From contig JACPPR010000008.1 in NCBI GenBank assembly GCA_016190895.1, forward strand, positions 3,335-67,334: a stretch of 64,000 bases of DNA, given 5' to 3'. The DNA is from Chloroflexota bacterium. Its GTDB lineage: Bacteria; Chloroflexota; Dehalococcoidia; Dehalococcoidales; UBA2162. Below are positions 35,359 to 45,500 of the stretch, piece after piece. Every line of letters begins with the position of its first letter. The stretch's first letter is position 1. The notes beneath the pieces were generated by a model that was given only the letters and a program-made list of their open reading frames with translations, did no database searches and had not been told where the DNA came from. Position numbers and translations under genes: made by a program.

Positions 35359-38012
35359 AGGTCTCGTCTTCTTGAATCTTCAAGCGCCGGAGACTCCGGT
35401 TGAGATATAATGCTATCACTGGTTAATCTGAGGAAGGTGGTGTCTCGTCCGAATAAAGAAGAGAATATCCAGTCCGTCAAAATCCTGGCACGGTTGTAGG
35501 CGCCCGTAACCAGTAGGGAGTAAGCGGCAATCCAGACCAAACGGGCCGGAAATCCGTAGAACCGCAAGCCGCGGTAGCGGAAAACGGCATTGGTGTCGCC
35601 GAGAGAGACGATTTCTCCGGAGTTATCGTAAAAATAGGGTTTCTTATCCAGCCCCCGGATTTCAGCGAGCACGTTACGGGCGACTACCTTTGCCTGGCGG
35701 ACGGCGATGTGGGCGCGGGGCGGTATCGGCTTACCCGTCTGCGGGTCTTCAAAGTGAGCGCAATCGCCGAGGGCATAGACGCCGGGGAATCCGAGTACTT
35801 CCATGTATTCGTTGACGAAAACCCGTCCCTGCTTATCTCTTTCCGCATTCAGTTCGGCAATCCGCGGGTTGGCGACCACTCCGGTTACCCAGACAACGGT
35901 GCTGGTGGGTATGATTTCCCCGCCATCGATTTCCACACGGTCTTTCCAGACGCGGGTCACCCGGGACTTCAGCCTGACCTCGATACCCATCTGCTGGAGA
36001 TGCTTCATAATGTAGGCGCCGAGTTTGGTATGCAGCCCGGCGACAATCTTGACTTCTGCCTCGACCAGGATAATCCTGATATTGGCGGGGTCTATCTCCT
36101 TGTAAACCTTGACCAGGCTCTTATGAATCAGGTCCCTAATTTGAGTGATTAGCTGGATACCGACATAGCCGCCTCCCGAGACAACGAAGGTAAGCAGTCG
36201 TTTTTGCTGTGCCGGCTCTTTTTGAGCGTTGGCCTGCTCGAAGACGGCGATAACCCGGTTTCTCAGCAGCATGGCATCGTGCAGGGTCTTTAGAGTAAAG
36301 ACGTTTTCTTCGGCAGAGGCTAAATCCGAGGTATCGGTAACGCTGCCCAGCGCCAGGATGAGATAATCATAGTCAAAAGCGCCACCGGTAGTCATCACGC
36401 GGTGAGCATTAAGGTCTATCTTCTTTACCTCGGCCTGAACGAAGCGGAACCTGTCCCGCCACTGTAGTTTTCTGATGGGATAGGCGATGTGCCGGGTCTC
36501 GATACTGCCCATCGCCACTTCGTGCAGTAGGGGCGAAAAGAGAAAGAAATTTTCATTGCTGACCACGGTGGTTTCCACATTTTCGTTCTTATTCAGGCGG
36601 CGTACCAGATGCCTCAAGCAATAAGTACCGCCAAAGCCGCTGCCCAGTATCAGGATTCTCTTGCCGCCTACAAACAGTTTCCTGGGATAGGCAGATTGTT
36701 TGCGGAATAGGCCGAGCAGGCTCTCCCGGAACAGGGCAAAGGAGAGTCTGGCTACCGAGGGTGGGCTGAATACCATCCTGGCAATACTTCGGTAGGCATA
36801 AGCGCCGGTGAACATGCCCCAGGCAGCCCTGGTAAAAGGCTGGGCGCCGGCGGTATTGGATTGCTCATCGGCAATGAGGCGTCGCTGCGTCAGCAAAAAG
36901 CGGCGGGAATCTTTAGCCCGGTCGTTCATGGAGAAAAGCAGTTTTCCCCACTGATTATCCCCGCCCATGCGGCGGCAAAGTGGTTGGTAATAACGTCTGA
37001 AATCCCGCCCGCTAAGGCCGTGATAGGCTAGGTTGCGGGCCGCCTCACGGGCAGTTAGCAGTGAGGAGCCGATGCCGTCTTTATACAGTCTGGTTACGGC
37101 GGCGTCTCCGATAGCGACAAACCTGTCCGAGTAATAGTTACGGGCAGGATGAATCAGGGTGCGGGGGCGGCAGCCGCAGGAACGTTCGATGCGCTCGGGC
37201 AGCACGCTCCGCACCATCTCGTGGTTCAGGAAATCGGTAACCGATACAGGTCGCTTACCGGTGCTTAGCAGGGAGACATTGATAAAGGGGCCTTTGGGTA
37301 CCAGGGTGCCAAACACCAGCCCTGATTTTGGAATCAGAAAGACGTGAGCGGTATTGCCGAGCTTGCTTGCCACCGCGTCGACACCGGCGAAAAGCTCGTC
37401 CTGAGCCATGGTCTGGGTTCTGGTGGGCAGATAATCAAGCCCCTGAATTGAAATTGACCTGCCGTTTACTCCGGACGCCAGCACTATCAGGTCGTAATCC
37501 AGCTTCTCACCGCCTGCCTCCACTTGAGCAGCTGGTTTGATAGAGATGCGGGACACCCTCTGGTTTTGCACCCTGGCGCCTCGCTGTTGAGCCTGGGCTA
37601 AGAGCCAGCCATCGAAGCTGATATTGCGGTCATAATGCGAGATGCGAGGGCCGCCCCCCCGGTAAACGCTGAAAATCTTGACGCCTTTTTCCGGGTTGCT
37701 GAGGCTAATCGAGGTATAGGGGCTATGGACGGCGAAATGCTCTATCTTACTCTGGATGACGTATTCGGGGATGGTCAGATTAAGTTCCTTCAGGTTTTCC
37801 ACGAGCGGTATCGAGAGGATGCCGGCACAGCCCTTGCAGCCTTTCGTCCCCAGGCCGCTGAAATCCCGTTCCTGGTAAATGGTGACATCGAATTGGCGGC
37901 CGGTTTGCCCAGCGTAGTGCAGCAGGTAGAGGGCGAAAAAACTGCCCGCCGGACCGCCGCCGATGATGGCTACCCGTGAATTAGTCTGTGTATTAACGGA
38001 GTCTCTGGTCAC
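35355..38012 (-). CDS. Fusion flavoprotein: N-terminal FAD-dependent (geranylgeranyl-reductase-like) oxidoreductase plus C-terminal NDH-2-type NAD(P)H:quinone oxidoreductase
   Basis: 885 aa with two independent dinucleotide-binding starts (VAIIGGGPAGS at about aa 14; ILILGSGFGGT at about aa 453), a GCKGCAG motif in the N-terminal half, and NDH-2 motifs (second GGGYVG, ALGDCA) in the C-terminal half. Confidence 0.7.
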   Translation of the reverse strand: MTRDSVNTQTNSRVAIIGGGPAGSFFALYLLHYAGQTGRQFDVTIYQERDFSGLGTKGCKGCAGILSIPLVENLKELNLTIPEYVIQSKIEHFAVHSPYTSISLSNPEKGVKIFSVYRGGGPRISHYDRNISFDGWLLAQAQQRGARVQNQRVSRISIKPAAQVEAGGEKLDYDLIVLASGVNGRSISIQGLDYLPTRTQTMAQDELFAGVDAVASKLGNTAHVFLIPKSGLVFGTLVPKGPFINVSLLSTGKRPVSVTDFLNHEMVRSVLPERIERSCGCRPRTLIHPARNYYSDRFVAIGDAAVTRLYKDGIGSSLLTAREAARNLAYHGLSGRDFRRYYQPLCRRMGGDNQWGKLLFSMNDRAKDSRRFLLTQRRLIADEQSNTAGAQPFTRAAWGMFTGAYAYRSIARMVFSPPSVARLSFALFRESLLGLFRKQSAYPRKLFVGGKRILILGSGFGGTYCLRHLVRRLNKNENVETTVVSNENFFLFSPLLHEVAMGSIETRHIAYPIRKLQWRDRFRFVQAEVKKIDLNAHRVMTTGGAFDYDYLILALGSVTDTSDLASAEENVFTLKTLHDAMLLRNRVIAVFEQANAQKEPAQQKRLLTFVVSGGGYVGIQLITQIRDLIHKSLVKVYKEIDPANIRIILVEAEVKIVAGLHTKLGAYIMKHLQQMGIEVRLKSRVTRVWKDRVEIDGGEIIPTSTVVWVTGVVANPRIAELNAERDKQGRVFVNEYMEVLGFPGVYALGDCAHFEDPQTGKPIPPRAHIAVRQAKVVARNVLAEIRGLDKKPYFYDNSGEIVSLGDTNAVFRYRGLRFYGFPARLVWIAAYSLLVTGAYNRARILTDWIFSSLFGRDTTFLRLTSDSIISQPESPALEDSRRRDL

Positions 38013-38051
38013 AGCTATAATAGTAGCCTATCCGGAGCGGAATTGCTACCC

Positions 38052-38468
38052 TTAGAACAAGCCGAAATAGTGGGCGATTGCTATGGCGCCGGCAATGAGC
38101 AGGTATATGCCGAATATGTAGTTCAGAATGGTCGGGAACACCATTATGATGATACCGATAGCAAGCGTCACGATGCCGATAATCAGGTTCGAACTTGCGA
38201 AAATGAACCACAGTCCTAACAGCAAAACGTAGATTCCCACCAGGTAATTAAGAATCTTTGGAAATACCAAGACGATAATACCAAGAATGATGGAAATTAT
38301 GCCGGGGAGTAGGCCGCCGCCTATAACCGATATGATGCCAACGGCTAACATCTGGATGCCGATGATGTAGTTGATGATGCGGGGGAAAGCAAAAATAATC
38401 ATGCCGGCGACTACGGCGATGATGCCTATTATCAGGCTGTTGATGGCGGGTAGACTGAATTGTAACAT
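38052..38468 (-). CDS. DUF308/HdeD-like membrane protein with three internal repeats
   Basis: 138 aa. Repeats FPRIINYIIGIQML / FPKILNYLVGIYVL / FPTILNYIFGIYLL. Confidence 0.7.
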   Translation of the reverse strand: MLQFSLPAINSLIIGIIAVVAGMIIFAFPRIINYIIGIQMLAVGIISVIGGGLLPGIISIILGIIVLVFPKILNYLVGIYVLLLGLWFIFASSNLIIGIVTLAIGIIIMVFPTILNYIFGIYLLIAGAIAIAHYFGLF

Positions 38469-38473
38469 TTGGC

Positions 38474-38611
38474 TTACCTCTTCAGGAGTGTGATTATCCC
38501 GAAGGCTACGAGGTAAATCCCGATGACCAGGCTTAGAGATAGCAGGTCGAAGAGAATGAGGACCCCAGCAATTATGGCTAATACTCCCAATGCAGTGCCA
38601 CTTATCTTCAT
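38474..38611 (-). CDS. Mini membrane protein (45 aa) resembling a single DUF308 repeat
   Basis: Not in the ORF track (<60 aa). MKISGTALGVLAIIAGVLILFDLLSLSLVIGIYLVAFGIITLLKR. The stop lies 5 nt before the next gene's ATG. Confidence 0.4.
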   Translation of the reverse strand: MKISGTALGVLAIIAGVLILFDLLSLSLVIGIYLVAFGIITLLKR

Positions 38612-38682
38612 TAACGTCTCTCTTCCGATGTGCCGCTTCCCGATATTACCACGCAGTCTCCTCTCCGTGTCTATACGTAAAA

Positions 38683-39459
38683 CTACGTAATCCCCTTTTT
38701 GCCGTCTTTAATAACGTAGTTCCTCAGAGTGCCAATCGGCTCAATCTTAATTTCAACAACATCACCGGGGTGCATTGGGCCGATACCGCTGGGGGTGCCG
38801 GTGGCGATGATATCACCAGGTAATAGCGTCATAACGTGGGAGATGAAGCTAATCTGCTCAGGCACGGCAAAGATAAGGTCGCTGGTGCTGGAGTGCTGCT
38901 TGAGCTGCCCGTTGAGATAGGTCTCCACGATGACATTACCCGGGTCAAGCTCCGTCTCGATGCAGGGGCCGATGGGGGCGAAGGTATCGAAGCCCTTGGC
39001 GCGGGTCCACTGCACATCGTCCCTCTGGTGGTCGCGGGCGGAGACATCATTCAGGCAGGTGTAGCCCAGGACGTAGTTCAGAGCATCTTTAACGGAAACC
39101 TGCCAGGCACGCTTTTTGATGACTATGGCCAGCTCTCCTTCGTAATCGATTCTGGTTGAAGACGGCGGGTAAGCGATGTTGTCCTCAGGACCAATTACAG
39201 CCGTCGGCGGTTTCAGAAAAATGAGCGGCTCTTTGGGTAAGGCGGCTTTCACTTCCTCGGCATGCTTACGGTAGTTCAAGCCCATTGCCACGATTTTTGA
39301 GGGCGAGCAGGGAGCCAGCAGCCTTACCTGTCCTAGGCGGTAGCGGCCTTCCGCCGACTTGATGGCACGGAAAGGCGTGCCCTGGATGGGCTGGATGGAC
39401 TGACCTTTCAGTATCCCGTATTTGGTCTTACCTTCGGCAGCAAAACGTATTATTTTCAT
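38683..39459 (-). CDS. Fumarylacetoacetate hydrolase (FAH) family protein
   Basis: 258 aa. Metal-binding pattern IDYEGELAIVI...LNDVSARD and C-terminal PGDIIATGTPSGIG. Confidence 0.85.
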   Translation of the reverse strand: MKIIRFAAEGKTKYGILKGQSIQPIQGTPFRAIKSAEGRYRLGQVRLLAPCSPSKIVAMGLNYRKHAEEVKAALPKEPLIFLKPPTAVIGPEDNIAYPPSSTRIDYEGELAIVIKKRAWQVSVKDALNYVLGYTCLNDVSARDHQRDDVQWTRAKGFDTFAPIGPCIETELDPGNVIVETYLNGQLKQHSSTSDLIFAVPEQISFISHVMTLLPGDIIATGTPSGIGPMHPGDVVEIKIEPIGTLRNYVIKDGKKGIT

Positions 39460-39501
39460 AGCTGAAGTTTAGCCTTATCGGGCGGTGAATGCAAGTTGAG
39501 G

Positions 39502-39613
39502 GTGTTTAACAATGTTGTTGTCATTCCCCGCTCAGGCGGGGAATCCATAAAAACGGGAGATTGCGTCCTTCCGCGGAAGGACGGCTTGACCCGAACATGA
39601 CATTATTAAACAC
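39502..39613. repeat. 112-nt MITE-like element with 13-nt terminal inverted repeats GTGTTTAACAATG / CATTATTAAACAC
   Basis: 12 of 13 positions are complementary. The cargo is two hairpin modules (GTCATTCCCCGCTCAGGCGGGGAATCC and CGTCCTTCCGCGGAAGGACG). Confidence 0.7.
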
Positions 39614-39627
39614 TCTCCAAGTTTTAT

Positions 39628-39657
39628 TTGACAAACCTGCGCACAAACGATTATATT
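39628..39657 (+). promoter_or_regulatory. Candidate sigma70 promoter of trpB2
   Basis: TTGACA (39628-33), 18-nt spacer, TATATT (39652-57). Confidence 0.45.
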
Positions 39658-39702
39658 CTTAGCATTCACGACAATCTCTAGCCCAGAATAAGGAGGCGCA
39701 CG

Positions 39703-41070
39703 ATGGACAGATCGATATTCTTTCTCGACCAGGATAAGATGCCGACCCACTGGTACAATATCCAGGCTGACCTGCCGGAGCCGTTACCCCCGCCCCTCCA
39801 CCCCGGAACGAAGCAGCCGGTGGGGCCGGCCGACCTGGCTCCCCTCTTCCCGATGGAAATAATCAAACAGGAAGTGAGCCAGGAGCGCTATATCGAAATT
39901 CCGGATGAGGTGCAGGCAATCTACCGCACCTGGCGACCGACCGCGCTGCACCGAGCCTACCGGCTGGAGAAGGCCCTTGATACGCCGGCCAAGATTTTCT
40001 ATAAATTCGAGGGCACCAGCCCGCCCGGCAGCCACAAACCCAACACGGCTGTCGCCCAGGCTTACTACAACAAGAAAGAGGGCGTCAAGCGCCTGACTAC
40101 CGAGACCGGGGCCGGCCAGTGGGGCAGTTCCCTGGCTTTTGCCTGCAATCTCTTCGGGTTGGAACTTAAGGTCTACATGGTCAAGGTGAGCTACAACCAG
40201 AAACCATACCGTCGTATGATGATGGAGACATGGGGCGCCAAGTGTGTCCCCAGCCCCAGCCCGGATACTAAGGCGGGCCGCGATGTACTGGCTGAAGACC
40301 CCGATTGCCCGGGCAGCCTCGGCATCGCTATCAGCGAGGCTATCGAGGACGCTGCCACCAGTAAAGACACCCATTATTCACTGGGGAGCGTGCTGAATCA
40401 CGTCCTGCTCCACCAGACCATCATCGGCCAGGAGTCTATGCTGCAGATGGAGATGGCTGGCTATTACCCCGATATCATCATCGGCTGCGTCGGCGGCGGC
40501 TCCAACTTCGGCGGTATGTTCCTGCCCTTTATCAAAGACAAAATTTCCGGCAAGAAGAGAGACCTGCGTATCATCAACGTCGAGCCGACCAGTTGTCCCA
40601 CCCTGACCAAGGGGCTTTATGCCTACGACTTCGGTGATGCCGCCGGGATGACCCCCTTGCTCAAGATGTTCACCCTGGGACATGGCTTTATGCCGCCGCC
40701 CGTCCATGCCGGCGGCCTCCGTTATCACGGCATGGCGCCCATTATCTGTCACCTGCACAAGCTGGGGCTGGTGGAAGCCCAGGCAGTGCCACAGGTAGCT
40801 ACATTTGCTGCCGGGGTCCAGTTTGCCCGTACCGAGGGCTATATCAGCGCTCCCGAAACCAATCATGCCATCCGCGTTACCATCGATGAAGCTCTGAAGT
40901 GCAAAGAGACCGGACAGTCGAAGGTTATCTTGCTTGCCCACAGCGGGCACGGTCACTTCGATATGGCCGCCTATGAGTCTTACCTCACCGGCAAGCTGAC
41001 TGATTACGCCTATCCCGAGGAGAAGGTGAAGGAGGCTCTGGCTTCCTTACCCGAGGTAACTACCGCGTAA
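39703..41070 (+). CDS. trpB2: TrpB-like PLP enzyme (tryptophan synthase beta, TrpB2 type)
   Basis: 455 aa. N-terminal extension [13 protein letters not shown] typical of TrpB2, PLP lysine context [10 protein letters not shown], and the GGGSNFGG loop. Confidence 0.88.
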   Translation: MDRSIFFLDQDKMPTHWYNIQADLPEPLPPPLHPGTKQPVGPADLAPLFPMEIIKQEVSQERYIEIPDEVQAIYRTWRPTALHRAYRLEKALDTPAKIFYKFEGTSPPGSHKPNTAVAQAYYNKKEGVKRLTTETGAGQWGSSLAFACNLFGLELKVYMVKVSYNQKPYRRMMMETWGAKCVPSPSPDTKAGRDVLAEDPDCPGSLGIAISEAIEDAATSKDTHYSLGSVLNHVLLHQTIIGQESMLQMEMAGYYPDIIIGCVGGGSNFGGMFLPFIKDKISGKKRDLRIINVEPTSCPTLTKGLYAYDFGDAAGMTPLLKMFTLGHGFMPPPVHAGGLRYHGMAPIICHLHKLGLVEAQAVPQVATFAAGVQFARTEGYISAPETNHAIRVTIDEALKCKETGQSKVILLAHSGHGHFDMAAYESYLTGKLTDYAYPEEKVKEALASLPEVTTA

Positions 41071-41092
41071 AGGTGGTTTTCTTGGTAGATAA

Positions 41093-41135
41093 AGTTAAGG
41101 GGCTGGATAGATTCCAGCCCCTTAACTATTTTTTA
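41093..41135 (+). terminator. Rho-independent terminator after trpB2
   Basis: AGTTAAGGGGCTGGA-TAGAT-TCCAGCCCCTTAACT followed by ATTTTTTAA. Confidence 0.75.
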
Positions 41136-41173
41136 ACATTCCTTCGATATGCTAAAATGGTAAAGGAAGTAGA

Positions 41174-42343
41174 ATGAAAAGGCTCGATATTAAAACTCTA
41201 GCTGTTTGCTTGGTACTGATTTCGTCCCTGCTCTTAGGCGCTGGCTGCGACTTGCTGCCTACTGTTACAACACCGCCACCAACGACACCCGCGCCCGCAG
41301 CCAATGTTACCGAGACCACTGCCGAGAAGCCGGTAACGCCTGCTCCCGGCCCGACAACGACCATTCCTACCAGTCCGTTACTGCCCATCGCTTCAACTCC
41401 GGCGCCGCCCTTACCCAGTATCGCCGATGTCGTCGCCAGGGTCAAACCATCGGTGGTGGCCATCAATACCGAGGTTACACTATTGGATTTCTTTAACCGG
41501 CCCCGGTCCGAGGAGGGGGCCGGCTCCGGCTTGATAATCAGAGAGGACGGTCTGATTATCACTAATAACCACGTCGTGCAAAATGCCCGGACTATCTCCG
41601 TAACCCTGGATGACGGCAGAACCTTTCCTGTAGACTTAGCGACGGTAAAGACCGACACTTTAACGGACCTGGCAATACTTAAAATCAATGCTAGTAGTCT
41701 GCCTGCCGCTCAAGTGGGCGACTCTTCCAGAATGAGAGTCGGCGATTGGGTGGTCGCCATCGGTAACGCCCTTGGCGAGGGGATACGGGCTACCCAGGGC
41801 ATCATCAGCCGCCAGAATGCTTCGCTCAATGTGGACTCGACAGAGATACTGTACGGTCTGATTGAAACTGACGCTGCCATCAATCCGGGCAATAGCGGCG
41901 GGCCGCTGGTAAATATGGCCGGCGAGGTGATTGGCATCACCAATGCCAAGCTGGCGGCTGTGGGTATAGAAGCTACCGGCTTTGCCATCAGCACCGAGAC
42001 AGCCGTGCCGGTCATCCAGCAACTGATTACTGCCGGCCGGGCCGTTCACCCCTGGCTGGGGGTAAGCCTCGTGCCCATCGACCAGGTTCTTATCCAGGAA
42101 TTCAATCTGGCGGCTGATAAGGGAGCGTTTGTTGCGCAAGTGGTGAGCGACAGTCCCGCCGGAGTCGCCGGCTTACAGCCAGAGGATGTCATCGTCAGTT
42201 TTGCCGGTAAGGAAGTAACAAGCGTTGCTGGCTTGATAACGGCGATTCGACAGTCTCAGGTAGGGCAGAAAGTAGAAATAGTCTACTGGCGAGGGAAAAC
42301 AAAGAATACCGCTACGACTACTCTTGTCGAACGGCCGCAATAG
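41174..42343 (+). CDS. htrA: HtrA/DegP-family serine protease with PDZ domain
   Basis: 389 aa. N-terminal anchor, P/T-rich linker, catalytic TNNHV...D...GNSGGPL triad and one PDZ domain. Confidence 0.9.
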   Translation: MKRLDIKTLAVCLVLISSLLLGAGCDLLPTVTTPPPTTPAPAANVTETTAEKPVTPAPGPTTTIPTSPLLPIASTPAPPLPSIADVVARVKPSVVAINTEVTLLDFFNRPRSEEGAGSGLIIREDGLIITNNHVVQNARTISVTLDDGRTFPVDLATVKTDTLTDLAILKINASSLPAAQVGDSSRMRVGDWVVAIGNALGEGIRATQGIISRQNASLNVDSTEILYGLIETDAAINPGNSGGPLVNMAGEVIGITNAKLAAVGIEATGFAISTETAVPVIQQLITAGRAVHPWLGVSLVPIDQVLIQEFNLAADKGAFVAQVVSDSPAGVAGLQPEDVIVSFAGKEVTSVAGLITAIRQSQVGQKVEIVYWRGKTKNTATTTLVERPQ

Positions 42344-42363
42344 GCGGTGAAATTGGTCTCAAA

Positions 42364-42510
42364 AATCCCCCTGTGTCCCCCTTTACGAAAGGGGGGTAGC
42401 AAGACGAATTTGCGCAAACACCGCTGTCTATTTGTAGTAGGGGCAAGGTATGCCTTGCCCCTACGTGAATCCGAAGGCGTGGGCGGGCGGGTTTGAAACT
42501 CGCCCCTACG
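42364..42510. repeat. Mosaic repeat in the convergent htrA/ileS gap
   Basis: GTCCCCCTTTACGAAAGGGGGG, then GTAGGGGCAAGGTATGCCTTGCCCCTAC (42437-42464), then GGCGGGCGGGTTTGAAACTCGCCCCTACGC. Confidence 0.75.
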
Positions 42511-42538
42511 CTACGTACTCTGCACCATGCACTCTGCT

Positions 42539-45500
42539 CTATGCGCTTTGCCGTTTCACCCCCAGCGTCACCTCATGGCCGCCGAGTTTGAAAGCTTCTT
42601 TGTAATCCACGTCGGCGGGCAAGCCTTCGGTCAGCTCGTGGGAGAGCGTTTCCAGGCTGATATATTCGGCAAGGGCAGTATTCTTCATTACCTGGCGGAC
42701 GTAGTCATCGCCCTCGTAATAGGTGATGATGTGGTCGGCAATCTCAAAATCCGCCGAGCGGCGCATCCCCTGGATGCGGTGGACAATCTCCCGCGCCATC
42801 CCTTCTGCTTCAAGCTCAGCCGTTAAGGTAGCGTCGATTGCTGTCGAGGGAGCTATTTTGTCATCTACGACACACCCAGTTTTTTCAGCCAGCTCAGCCA
42901 GCCTTTCCGGTGTCTCAAATCTTATCTCCTTAACATTCAGCTCATCCAACACCGCCTGTCTGATTGCCTCGCTTTCCAGCGCTCGCCTGAAACTTGTATC
43001 GAAGTAGCACACCTGCAAGGGCTGGCGGACTTTGATGCCGGCCTTGCTGCGGGCAGCCCTACCCAGGCTGGAAACCTTCATCGCGGTGCGGTTTGCCTCA
43101 GTCAGTTCCTGGTCGATTTTATCTCGAGCAGCTACAGGGAAATCGGTCAGGTGGACGCTCTCCGGAGCATCGGCTGAGACCGAGCGGACAAGGTTCTGAT
43201 AAAGCTCTTCAGCTAAGAACGGTGTGAAAGGCGCCATCAGCTTGGCGAGTGTCACCAGGCATTCGTAGAGCGTGTTGTAAGCGGAGAGCTTATCCGTATC
43301 GTTCTCGCTCTTCCAGAAGCGGCGGCGGCTGCGGCGCACATACCAGTTAGAGAGGTTATCCACGAATGTCTCGAGCTTACGCCCGGCGCCTGTCGGGTCA
43401 TAATTATCATTTCCGTTGGTAACGTCATCGATTAGCTGATTTAGTTCAGAGAGTATCCACCGGTCAAGCTCGGGGCGCACCGATGGGGCCGGCGCCGAGC
43501 CGGGAACAAAGTTATCGATGTTGGCATAGGTAACGAAGAAAGAGTATACATTCCAGAGAGTGAGCAGGAACTGCCGGGTGATATCCTGTACCATCCTGGT
43601 ATCAAAGCGCCGCACCATGCCGGGAGGGGCGGAAGTGAAACAATACCAGCGCAGGGCATCGGCGCCGTGTGTCTGGACGACCTTCATCGGGTCGACGACG
43701 TTCCCACGGCTCTTGCTCATTTTCTTACCCTCGGCATCGAGGACAAGCTCCAGGCAAATGCAGTTCTTGAAGCTGGGACGGTCGAAAAGCATGGTGGAGA
43801 CGGCGTGCAAGCTATAGAACCAACCCCGGGTCTGGTCAACGCCCTCACAGATAAAATCAGCCTGTTTTGCTTCCGTATCAAACAAGTTTTTATTTTCAAG
43901 AGGATAGTGTAGTTGTGCAAACGGCATTGAACCTGAATCGAACCAACAGTCTATGACCTCGGGCTGACGCCTCATTTTGCCGCCGCATTTGGAACAGGCA
44001 AAAGAGACTTCATCAACGAACGGACGATGCAGGTCCAGAGGCTCTCTGAGTCCGGTAAAACCCGGTTTTGCCTCGAGCTCTGCAACACTCCCGATACATT
44101 CAAAACTGCCGCACTTTTCACAGCACCAGATAGGCAGTGGAGAACCCCAGTAGCGTTCGCGTGCGAATGCCCAATCGACATTGTTTTCAAGCCAATTGCC
44201 GAAGCGGCCGTACTTGATGTGCTGCGGGTACCAGTTTATCTCGGCATTGCCGGAGATAAGCCTGTCTTTGACGGCTGTGGTGCGGATATACCAGGTCTGC
44301 TTGGCGTAGTAGAGCAGGGGCGCATCGCAGCGCCAGCAGAACGGGTAAGTATGCTTGATGGTCTCGCTACGGTAGAGGAGATTTCTATCTTTAAGGTTTT
44401 TGGTGATGAGCGGGTCGGCGGCTTTGACAAATTTTCCAGAGAATGAAAAATTACCGGTGATTTTGCCCTGGAGGTCGACATTATGGACAAGGTCAAGCTT
44501 GAAATCCTGACCGGCTTGAAAGTCTACTTCTCCATAGGCGGGCGCAACATGGACGATACCGGTGCCGTCTTCCATCGAGACGAAATCGGTCGTGATAACA
44601 TGATATTTCAGATTCTTATCAGGTTTCTGAGCGGCGAGTTCGGTGCGGTTTTCGAAACGGCGGCGTTCGATTCCGTAATCATGCGGGTTGAATAGAGGTT
44701 CGTATTCAACTCCCACCAGTTCTTTGCCCCGGATTCGCGCCAGAACCGCGCTTTCGCCAAGTCCGATGGCGTTCCTTCGGGCATCGGCAAGAACGATATA
44801 TTCGCCATCTACTTCGACTACGGCATACTCGGCTTCAGCCGCTACCGCCAGAGCGGTATTGCCAGGTAACGTCCAAGGAGTCGTCGTCCAGGCAAGCAGA
44901 TAGGCGGGCTTATCGAGTTTGAAGCTGCCAACTGATTTCCCGGCGATTATGAATTTGATATAGACCGAGGGGTCTTCAGTATCGTCCTGATAGCCGAGCG
45001 CGACCTCGTGAGAACTCAGAGACGTGCCGCAGCGAGGACAGTGCGGAGTGACTTTATAGCCCTGGTAGACCAGTCCCTTGTCCCACATTTGCTTGAGCGC
45101 CCACCAGACCGACTCCACATAGGTGTTGTCCATTGTTTTATAGGCATGTTCGAGGTCCACCCAGTAGGCGATGCGTTCCGTGAGGATGTTCCACTCTTTC
45201 AGATACTTAAAGACGCTTTCACGCGCACGCTGGTTGAACTGCTCGACGCCGTATTCCTCAATCTGGTCTTTACCGGAGAAACCCAGCGCTTTTTCCACCT
45301 CAAGCTCCACGGGCAGGCCATGCGTGTCCCAGCCAGCAACGCGGGGCACATAGAAGCCCTTCATCACTTTGTAGCGGACTATCACATCTTTGTAGGCTCG
45401 CGCCAGCACGTGATGAATGCCTGGATTTCCGTTAGCAAATGGCGGTCCTTCATAAAAGACAAACCTGGGTTTGCCTTCACGAGATGTGACACTCTTTTCA

